Below are positions 37,768-44,688 of a stretch of DNA of 44,688 nucleotides, in pieces. Origin of the DNA: Candidatus Troglogloeales bacterium (GTDB lineage: Bacteria; Nitrospirota; Nitrospiria; SBBL01; SBBA01); assembly GCA_005239925.1 (NCBI GenBank), contig SBBA01000108.1, positions 1 to 44,688 of the forward strand. The letters run 5' to 3'. The notes beneath the pieces were generated by a model. That model searched no databases. It saw only the letters and a program-made list of their open reading frames with translations, and was not told the DNA's origin. A program made the translations under genes and the position numbers. Position 1 is the stretch's first letter. Each line of letters opens with the position of its first letter.

Positions 37768-38700
37768 ATGAAACATAAAATCGTCTATTTTATTGTCTAC
37801 CTCTTCACGCGCCTCATTGCGCTTCTTCCCCTCCGGTTGGGGGTCATGGTAGGAAGCCTGCTGGGTGATCTGGCGTATTGGATGGATTCCAAACATCGGC
37901 AGCGTGCTATGGAACATTTACAGCGCGCGTTTGGCCACGAAAAGAATCCACAGCAGTTAAATCAGATCGCACGCGATTCTTACAAGAACATGGGCCGCTC
38001 TCTTGTCGAATCAATTTATCTTCCCAACCTGACTGCCTCGGCGATGCAACGGTGGGTTGCCGTGGACGGCCTTTCCCATTACATCGAGGCCCATCACCAA
38101 AAAAAAGGGGTGATTATTTTAACGGCGCATTTTGGCAATTGGGAAATCATTCCTAAACTACTTTGGTCTTACGGACATTGTATCCATGCGACGGTTCGTC
38201 CACTCGACAATCCTTACCTGGATCAAATGGTTCAGGATTGGCGCAGGAAAAACGGGATGGGGGTCTTAAACAAACGAACCGACGTGCACCGGATTTTAAA
38301 ACTGCTTCGGGAGGGAGAGTCCGTTGGTTTTTTAATGGATCAGAATACGGTGATTCAGGACGCGGTCTTTGTTGATTTTTTTGGGCACCCTGCGGCAACC
38401 AATAAAGGCCTCGCCATCTTAGCGCTTCGGTCTGGCGCGCCGGTCATTCCGATATTTATGGTACGGGAGCAATTGGGTCACCGCATGATTATTGAGAAGC
38501 CCATACAGATTGTCAGGAGCGGCGGGAATCAGGAGAATATTTTAAAGACGACCGCGCTTTTTACACAAACAATTGAGTCTTTCGTCGCGCGTTATCCTGC
38601 GGAATGGTTCTGGGTGCATCGCCGATGGAAAACACAGAGGGGCCAGGGGCCCCAGCCAACAACCCACCCCGTTGGGATGGGTAAGGACAATGAATTTTAG
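37768..38700 (+). CDS. lpxL: Lipid A acyltransferase LpxL/HtrB family
   Basis: LTAHFGNWE, RPLDNP, FLMDQN, VDFFG, PAEWFWVHRRWK. Confidence 0.9.
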   Translation: MKHKIVYFIVYLFTRLIALLPLRLGVMVGSLLGDLAYWMDSKHRQRAMEHLQRAFGHEKNPQQLNQIARDSYKNMGRSLVESIYLPNLTASAMQRWVAVDGLSHYIEAHHQKKGVIILTAHFGNWEIIPKLLWSYGHCIHATVRPLDNPYLDQMVQDWRRKNGMGVLNKRTDVHRILKLLREGESVGFLMDQNTVIQDAVFVDFFGHPAATNKGLAILALRSGAPVIPIFMVREQLGHRMIIEKPIQIVRSGGNQENILKTTALFTQTIESFVARYPAEWFWVHRRWKTQRGQGPQPTTHPVGMGKDNEF

Positions 38701-38765
38701 CAGCCAGAACAAGCCCTGGACTAACCTATGTGCAGGTCCATTTTCCATTGTGTAGGTGAGGACTA

Positions 38766-39827
38766 ATGAGAAATAATACAAGCCCTATCAAAATATATAA
38801 GAAGATTTTAGTTCGCGCCCCGAACTGGGTGGGTGATGGCGTTATGGCGACCCCTGCGCTTGCTGCCTTAAGGTCCCACTTTCCCAAAGCCGAAATAACC
38901 CTGTTGGCCAAGCCTGCCGTGTCGGCCCTCCTGATGCACCATCCAACTATTGATCGCATCAGGATTTTTGAAGATCCGGGAATTCATTCCGGTTTCATTG
39001 GATTCTTCAGGTTGGTTGCCTCTCTACGAAGGGAACGGTATGACATGGCCTTTCTCATTCAAAATGCCATCAAGGCGGCTTTGATTGCCACGTTTTCTGG
39101 AATACCGGAACGGCTTGGATATGATACCGATGGGCGGGGCTTTCTCTTAACCCGCGCCCTGCCAAGAAAAACGGCCCCGCAGCATCAACGAGAGGCCTTT
39201 TCGCAATTGGTCTCATTGTTAAACATACCGATACCGAAGTGCTCTCCCTATCTTGTCCTTACAGAAGAAGAGGTTGATACGGCGCAAACACGATTGGCGT
39301 CGTTAGGGATATCAAGGGAGGACTTTGTTGTTGGCGTTTGTCCAGGCACGGCAACGGGATCCGCAAAACGATGGATTCCAGAACGCTTTGCGGCTGTTGC
39401 TGATCAACTGGTCAAAAAATTTCGAGCCAAGGTTCTTATTTTAGGAGGGCCAAAAGATCGTTCTGTTTCAGAAATGGTGTTGCACGGGATGAAGGAGAAG
39501 GCGGTGATGTTGGCTGGAGAGGCCTCGCTTCGGGAGATGATGGCGTTGATTTCTCTCTGCCGTCTTTGCATTTCAAATGACTCCGGCCCCACCCATATTG
39601 CCGCTGCCTTTGGTGTGCCGTATGTCACGATCTTTGGCGCAACCCTGCCGGAGGCGTCCTTTCCCGGAAGGGCCTCTGGCAGGGCCATTTATCACCCGGT
39701 GAATTGCTCCCCCTGTTCGTTTTCGGTTTGTCCCGTGAACCATCACTGTATGACGGGGGTTTCCGTTGACGAAGTGTTTTATGCCGCAGAAGAGGTGATG
39801 AAGGTCTCAAATGCGGAAGATGGCTAA
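38766..39827 (+). CDS. waaF: LPS heptosyltransferase II (GT9)
   Basis: ILVRAPNWVGDGVMATP, AKRW..ERF, SNDSGPTHIAAA, CSPC..CP..HHCM. Confidence 0.92.
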   Translation: MRNNTSPIKIYKKILVRAPNWVGDGVMATPALAALRSHFPKAEITLLAKPAVSALLMHHPTIDRIRIFEDPGIHSGFIGFFRLVASLRRERYDMAFLIQNAIKAALIATFSGIPERLGYDTDGRGFLLTRALPRKTAPQHQREAFSQLVSLLNIPIPKCSPYLVLTEEEVDTAQTRLASLGISREDFVVGVCPGTATGSAKRWIPERFAAVADQLVKKFRAKVLILGGPKDRSVSEMVLHGMKEKAVMLAGEASLREMMALISLCRLCISNDSGPTHIAAAFGVPYVTIFGATLPEASFPGRASGRAIYHPVNCSPCSFSVCPVNHHCMTGVSVDEVFYAAEEVMKVSNAEDG

Positions 39828-39839
39828 GTTCATAGTGTT

Positions 39840-41378
39840 CTACCAGAAAATCTTCCACTGGCCTTCAATGCTTCGAATCTCCAATGTCGTTTGTTTCCAT
39901 TTTTCCCCTGGGATAACCTGGTTCCCCTCTTTATCAATAAGACGTTGAATCGTTAGCACAGCCATAGCCGATTGGTTCTGTTTTGTAAATAAAGGATCGG
40001 ATATCGAAATCTCGATGGTGGGGTAATGGCGAAAAAGTTCATTCAAAAATTGCTCTTTTTTTTCGGAGAAAACGGTATTTCTGACAAGCAAATCGAGATT
40101 GTGGTTTTCGTAATGGGCCTTTAATTGGGTCAGTTGCTCCTTGATGTTGTTGATGGCGTCGGCATTTCCTTTTTCTAAATCTGCCGGGTCAGACTGTTTT
40201 GCAACCAATGATTCTTGTAATGGCGCTTCTTTCTCTTTTGATTCTTCTGAGGCCAACGGAAGAAAACGCTGAGTAATAGCCTCCTTGTTTACACGCTTTA
40301 CCTTTACAGGGGTTGACATCTGTGGGACAAGGGATGGAGATGACGGCGTAATTCTTTTATCCTTTCGTGCAGGTGTGGCTTCCAGGTTCTTTGATAGGGG
40401 CGGAGGAGGGGAGAGTAACAGAGGTGTTTCATCTTTTGTTGTAGACATATTACGATTGGAATAAAAATAACCCCCCATGCCGCCTATCAATAAAATGATG
40501 GCTCCCACGCCTACGATGTAGAGGAGGGGATTTGCTTTAGAGGGTGGGGCGTCCAATTCATGGAGGATGTATCTTATTCGCTGTATTAACGTTGCCGCGT
40601 TAGGGACGCGGTCATTCGGATCTTTTTTGATCAGGTCCCGAATCAGGGCGCAAAGCAGCGGATGTGCAACACCTTCTGGATAGGTACAGGAGAATTCTTT
40701 TTTATCAACGATCTGAACCATGATCTGGGAATCACTCATGCCTGTTTTAAAGTAACAGTGGCCTGTGACCATCTCGTAAAGAATCATGCCCAGGGAGTAC
40801 AGATCGGCCCGGCCATCAACGTTTTTACCCTGCGTTCGTTCGGGAGAGGTGTAGTGGGGGATGCCCAGGATGCGCGTTCCCTCCCGACGTTCCTGGTCCA
40901 TAACAGTTGCAACCCCCAGGTCGGACACCTTCACGTCACCGCTCTCTTCCATAATCATAATATTTCCGGGATGCAGGTCGCGGTGTATAATCTTTCTGTC
41001 ATGCGCATGTTGCAGGGCCTCGGCAATTTTGATCCCGATTTTAAGCGTTTCTTCCTGGGAGAACCGTCCTTTCTTTTTAAGCAAAATATCCAGGTTGACT
41101 CCCCCAAAATATTCCATGACGATATAGGGGACGTCGTTGTCTTTCCCGGAGGTATAGACCTGGATAATATTCGGGTGATTGAGGCCGGCCATGATACCGG
41201 CCTCCTTATCGAAACGGGCTAAGTAGGCCTCCTTTTGTTGATATTGGGGGCCAAGGACTTTGATTGCGACTGTTCGGTGTCGGTCTCCGATGGCTTGGGT
41301 GGCCTTATAGACACGGCCCATGCCCCCTTCGCCGAGTACTTCAAGATTTTGAAATTCTTCCGAAAAGGATTTTCCCAT
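39840..41378 (-). CDS. Hanks-type Ser/Thr protein kinase with TM and extracytoplasmic domain
   Basis: LGEGGMGRVY, VAIK, HRDLHPGN, SDLG, YTSPE, DLYSLG; TM LLYIVGVGAIILLIGGMGGYFY; start ~41378. Confidence 0.9.
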   Translation of the reverse strand: MGKSFSEEFQNLEVLGEGGMGRVYKATQAIGDRHRTVAIKVLGPQYQQKEAYLARFDKEAGIMAGLNHPNIIQVYTSGKDNDVPYIVMEYFGGVNLDILLKKKGRFSQEETLKIGIKIAEALQHAHDRKIIHRDLHPGNIMIMEESGDVKVSDLGVATVMDQERREGTRILGIPHYTSPERTQGKNVDGRADLYSLGMILYEMVTGHCYFKTGMSDSQIMVQIVDKKEFSCTYPEGVAHPLLCALIRDLIKKDPNDRVPNAATLIQRIRYILHELDAPPSKANPLLYIVGVGAIILLIGGMGGYFYSNRNMSTTKDETPLLLSPPPPLSKNLEATPARKDKRITPSSPSLVPQMSTPVKVKRVNKEAITQRFLPLASEESKEKEAPLQESLVAKQSDPADLEKGNADAINNIKEQLTQLKAHYENHNLDLLVRNTVFSEKKEQFLNELFRHYPTIEISISDPLFTKQNQSAMAVLTIQRLIDKEGNQVIPGEKWKQTTLEIRSIEGQWKIFW

Positions 41379-41503
41379 ATAGTCCAAGATCGCGATATGT
41401 GCATACAGGGGGGAAGTGTTGTATTCCCAGATAGGTTGGCAGTAAGGATACGTTAAACCGTTTTTTGTTTTCAACCCTGTGACGGGCTTTAGCAGTAAGC
41501 GCG

Positions 41504-41532
41504 TTGCTTTTCACAAGAAATTCGTGTAGCAT
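41504..41532 (+). promoter_or_regulatory. Putative promoter giving a leaderless vapBC mRNA
   Basis: TTGCTT-17 bp-TAGCAT; in-frame GTG 7 nt downstream; no SD. Confidence 0.5.
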
Positions 41533-41539
41533 GTTATTC

Positions 41540-41776
41540 GTGAAAAGAAATATCACCATTGCGTTGGAGGAGGGGCTAGCCAGGGAGGCCAGGGTTTTAG
41601 CGGCCAGAAAAGATACTAGTCTTTCGCAGATGCTTGCCCAATTTATCGAAACAATCGTAAAAAGCAATCAGGAAACCGTTTCGGCTAAAAAGGATTTTTT
41701 CAAACGCGCGAAAGGAATTTACCAATTTAATTACGAAAAAAGGGGATTCCATCGGGACCAACTTCATGAACGATAG
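41540..41776 (+). CDS. RHH/CopG-type antitoxin (VapB-like)
   Basis: KRNITIAL..REARVLAA..TSLSQML...RDQLHER; overlaps the PIN gene. Confidence 0.82.
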   Translation: MKRNITIALEEGLAREARVLAARKDTSLSQMLAQFIETIVKSNQETVSAKKDFFKRAKGIYQFNYEKRGFHRDQLHER

Positions 41777-42185
41777 GATTTTTGTCGATACCAATATTCT
41801 TGTCTATTGCTTTGACAGCGCAAATCTTCTGAAAAAGACAAAGGCTCTTTCGATTGTTGAAACGCTTTGGGAGAGTTCCAAAGGCGTATTGAGTCTTCAG
41901 GTGCTAAAAGAGTTTTTTGTTACCGTAACGGGAAGGTTATCAGACAAAATGGACGATGCGGCGGCCCGTGCGGCCGTTATTGACCTGTTGACATGGAATA
42001 TATATTACGAGACATCGGCATCTTTTAAGAAAACACTAGAGATCATGAAGCAGTACCGTTTTTCACTTTGGGATGCCAATATCCTCAGCGCCGCCCTATT
42101 ATCCGGTTGTGACCTTCTCTACAGCGAAGACCTTCAGCATGGTCAGATCATCGAGGAAATACGCATCGTGAATCCTTTCCTCTAA
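41766..42185 (+). CDS. vapC: PIN-domain toxin (VapC-like)
   Basis: FVDTNILVY, QVLKEFF, SLWDANI, LYSEDLQHG..NPF; acidic residues intact. Confidence 0.9.
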   Translation: MNDRIFVDTNILVYCFDSANLLKKTKALSIVETLWESSKGVLSLQVLKEFFVTVTGRLSDKMDDAAARAAVIDLLTWNIYYETSASFKKTLEIMKQYRFSLWDANILSAALLSGCDLLYSEDLQHGQIIEEIRIVNPFL

Positions 42186-42229
42186 ACGCTGGGGAAAGTT
42201 GCTCCTACTGTGGCCACACGCCCCTCTCT

Positions 42230-42410
42230 CTACGGCTCATAAATACCCCCGGTATTTAAGGAACCGGTGTTGTGACCAGAGCCTCCCCAGACAAGCATTT
42301 TAGAACCTGTCCAAACCGCCGTAGGGCGACTCCTTGCCGCGGAGGCATTTGTGGTGATAATGACGGCCCAGCTATCGGTTGCCAGATTATCAATCCCGCC
42401 GGTTTTGATT
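42230..42410 (-). pseudogene. Relic 3' end of a Kelch-like repeat gene
   Basis: KTGGIDNLATDSWAVIITTNASAARSRPTAVWTGSKMLVWGGSGHNTGSLNTGGIYEP* parallels the last repeat of 43772-44539; no own start. Confidence 0.75.
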
Positions 42411-42827
42411 GGCAAGCAGTGTAAATATCTGATCCAACCGTGCATTGATGAGATCAAATTTTTGATCCATAGCAGCGAACTTCTGATCCATAGCAGAGAA
42501 CTTCTGATCCATAGCAGAGAACTTCTGATCCATAGCAGCGAACTTCTGGTCCATGGCAACAAACTTCTGGTCCATGGCAGCAAATTTCTGGTCCATGGCA
42601 GCAAACTTCTGGTCTATGGCTTCAAACCGTCGGTTCATTTCGGTTCGAACTTCTCGGATATCGTCTTCTAATCGATCAATCCGGTTTTCCAGTCGATCAA
42701 AACGGGCAGATGTCTCGTTTTCCAGACGATCAATGCGCGCATGAATACTGCTTGCCCGCTCATCAACGGCCTGGTAGACAATCTCGAGCGTAACCTTTTT
42801 AAAAACCGACTGAACGATCTGCTTCAT
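42390..42827 (-). CDS. Coiled-coil heptad-repeat protein
   Basis: IDRLE units, then F(E/A/V/S)A(I/M)DQK x8; extended -10 TGaTATAGT 6 nt before the ATG. Confidence 0.75.
   Translation of the reverse strand: MKQIVQSVFKKVTLEIVYQAVDERASSIHARIDRLENETSARFDRLENRIDRLEDDIREVRTEMNRRFEAIDQKFAAMDQKFAAMDQKFVAMDQKFAAMDQKFSAMDQKFSAMDQKFAAMDQKFDLINARLDQIFTLLANQNRRD
42459..42626. repeat. 21-bp coding tandem repeat x8
   Basis: Units such as cttctgatccatagcagagaa / cttctggtccatggcagcaaa. Confidence 0.9.
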
Positions 42828-42983
42828 GGCCTGACTATATCAAACAAGGCTTGGGAAAACAAGGCCGTGGGGCCAGGGCTACGGCAAAGTCTCTGTCATC
42901 ATTCCGCAGTCGGCGTCCCGACCGGATTTCTGCATTGCGAAGGGCTTCAAGTCCTCATGTACACTTCCACCTTTACGTATTGT

Positions 42984-43011
42984 TTGACACTACACATGGC
43001 TTCGATACAAT
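42984..43011 (+). promoter_or_regulatory. Promoter giving a leaderless brnT mRNA
   Basis: TTGACA-16 bp-TACAAT; GTG start 6 nt downstream. Confidence 0.6.
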
Positions 43012-43017
43012 AAGTAG

Positions 43018-43454
43018 GTGGATGATATTTGTTTTGACTGGGATCAATGGAATATTCAAAAGAATGAAGAAAAACATGGCGTCTCATCGCTTGAGGCTGA
43101 ATCGGCCTTTTATGATCCAAACCTAAAGGGCACCTCTAAAAACCGTAGCGAGCGGCCCGAGTACAAGGCGCACGGAGCGCAGGAACCGCAATGTATGCGG
43201 TATACATGAGGATTCCGAGCACCGCGCAACGCAGCAATTGGGTCGCGCAGTAGGTTTTTAGAGGTGCCCTAAAGATATTTGAAGACCTGCGGCATAGCAG
43301 CATAAGAGAAAGACGATGGATTGCGTACGGCAAGGGTGTTTGCCATAGGGTATTAATGATTGCCTTTACTATTCTAATAAAAAAAGTCAGGATTATTTCC
43401 ACGCGAGCGGCATCAAAGAAAGAAAAGGGCGTCTATGGAGAAGAATCAATCTGA
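43018..43454 (+). pseudogene. brnT: BrnT-family toxin interrupted by a MITE
   Basis: Removing 43128-43273 gives the continuous ORF MDDICFDWDQWNIQKNEEKHGVSSLEAESAFYDPNLKIFEDLRHSSIRERRWIAYGKGVCHRVLMIAFTILIKKVRIISTRAASKKEKGVYGEESI*. Confidence 0.88.
43128..43269. mobile_element. MITE copy 4 (142 bp, inverted relative to copy 1)
   Basis: Perfect TIR gggcacctctaaaaacc; TSD TAAA at 43124-27 and 43270-73. Confidence 0.92.
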
Positions 43455-43752
43455 AATAACCGATTATGATGAAACAGACACGACACATTTTATCAATCCA
43501 ACACGTTCGCTTCGTCTGTCTGATCTGGGACTAAGACTGCCTAAAGAGGGGGTAACGAAGGTCATCAGTATTCGGCTTCCGACAAAGCTTTATAAAAATA
43601 TCAAGGCCATTTCAACCGAGATGGATATGCCCTATCAGGGGTATATTAAATATCTCCTCAATGAAGGGGTGGAGCGAACCCTTCGACTGGGCAAGCCCAT
43701 CCAATCCAAAAAGGCGGGTCAAAAGGTGAAGGTGGGGATCAAGGCAGGATAA
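43435..43752 (+). CDS. BrnA/CopG-type antitoxin
   Basis: TKVISIRLP..IKAIS..MPYQGYIKYLL RHH motif; overlaps the 3' end of brnT. Confidence 0.82.
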   Translation: MEKNQSEITDYDETDTTHFINPTRSLRLSDLGLRLPKEGVTKVISIRLPTKLYKNIKAISTEMDMPYQGYIKYLLNEGVERTLRLGKPIQSKKAGQKVKVGIKAG

Positions 43753-43771
43753 GATTTTGTCCATTCCCTCC

Positions 43772-44539
43772 CTACGGCACATAAATCCCGCCGGTATTTA
43801 AGTAGCTGTCATTATCGAAACCACCCCAGATGATCATTGAAGCACCTGTCCAGACTACCGTGTGATTATATCTTGGTGCAGGGGCATTTGTGGTAGTGAT
43901 AGCGCTCCAGCTATTGGTTTCTGGATTATAAGTCCAGGCAGTATTATTGCCTGTCTCGCCTACCCAGACGATCATCTTAGTCCCGGTCCAGACTGTCGTG
44001 TGATCCGCAGTTGTTATTTGGACATTCAAGGGAGTGATTGTTGTCCAGCTATTGTCAGCTGGATCATAGACCCCGCCATCATTTAAGGGACCCCCGTTGT
44101 GGATATTAGAACCTCCCCAGATGAGCATCTTGGAACCGGTCCAAATTGCCGTGTGATCTGTTCTTCCAATGGGGGCATTCGTGATTGCGGTAGTACGCCA
44201 GGTACCGCTTGCCGAATTATAAATCCCGCCAATATTGAGCAAGGAGCTGTTAGCATCAATCCCTCCCCAGATGATCATTTCAGAACCGGTCCAGACTGCC
44301 ATGTGTTGTTTCCTTCCTGTCAGGGTATTTGGTGCGTCAATGAGGAACCATAAATTGTTAGAGGGTCGGGAGGGTAAAACCGGATCAGGAATTGTGGAAT
44401 CAACAGAAGAACCTGGATCAGACACTTTAGGTTCAACAATAGGGTTGTGAGGGTTGAGTTGAACATCAACAGTAATATGGCTGTCTTTTTTAATATTGAC
44501 GCTTGATTGACCCGAATACTTATTGTCTTTTTTATCCAA
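43772..44539 (-). CDS. Kelch-like/galactose-oxidase repeat protein (5' end uncertain, possibly truncated)
   Basis: Four H(M/T)x(V/I)WTGxxMIxWxG repeats; the frame stays open ~26 codons upstream of TTG 44539 without an ATG. Confidence 0.7.
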   Translation of the reverse strand: MDKKDNKYSGQSSVNIKKDSHITVDVQLNPHNPIVEPKVSDPGSSVDSTIPDPVLPSRPSNNLWFLIDAPNTLTGRKQHMAVWTGSEMIIWGGIDANSSLLNIGGIYNSASGTWRTTAITNAPIGRTDHTAIWTGSKMLIWGGSNIHNGGPLNDGGVYDPADNSWTTITPLNVQITTADHTTVWTGTKMIVWVGETGNNTAWTYNPETNSWSAITTTNAPAPRYNHTVVWTGASMIIWGGFDNDSYLNTGGIYVP

Positions 44540-44688
44540 AGCAAAAATCTCTATTTGTTTGCTGCCTACAGTAATATGGTTAAAGTTATGGGTCTTCGCG
44601 TAAGAGTGTGGGTGATTTTATATCTCCTTGAGGGTACACGTTAGGATTTTCAGCCGAAGATAGTCTTCGTCTCTTAGTCCGTAGGCCC

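Noticed and set aside
42411-42604. ORF 42230..42604 with a (LLWIRSS)n N-terminus as a real gene
   Set aside because: The N-terminal part is an alternative frame of the 21-bp repeat; only the C-terminal Kelch relic is meaningful.
42459-42626. CRISPR array
   Set aside because: Contiguous 21-bp coding repeats without unique spacers; no cas genes.
42230-43940. DGR template/variable repeat pair (Kelch relic vs Kelch gene 3' end)
   Set aside because: Differences involve all bases plus an indel, not only adenines; no reverse transcriptase in the window.

Overview
A 44.7-kb, gene-dense, mostly core-chromosome window from a diderm bacterium. Gene order and content suggest Nitrospirota or a deltaproteobacteria-like lineage (inference only). 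Housekeeping blocks: ubiE/rmlC-like; nuoF-lpdA-lipA; lptC-lptA-lptB-rpoN-hpf-rapZ; tRNA-Pro(CGG)-acyP-rpoS-apt; purA; folE; zapB-zapA-6S RNA-xseA; pilD-pilS-pilR; mutT-like/HAD; rph-rdgB-tRNA-Pro(TGG); lpxL-waaF. The right end (39.8-44.7 kb) is accessory: Ser/Thr kinase, VapBC, a heptad-repeat coiled-coil gene, BrnTA, and a Kelch-like gene plus a relic. No transposase, CRISPR array, rRNA or reverse transcriptase was seen. The most notable signal is non-coding: several families of small non-autonomous elements fill many intergenic regions. (1) A ~115-120 bp structured repeat (TTAGA...GGCGGATT, 4 full copies plus 1 partial) has covarying, strand-biased hairpins and no obvious TIR/TSD. (2) A 142-179 bp MITE has GGGC(A/G)CCTCTAAAAAC ends, with 4-bp TSDs at two of four copies; one copy splits a brnT toxin gene and another is nested inside repeat family 1. 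(3) dRS3-like and CCCTCTCCC-type REP palindromes, one nested in the other. Two of three TA toxins appear inactivated. I do not see a clearly new multi-gene protein system; the structured repeat family is the best candidate for something undescribed.
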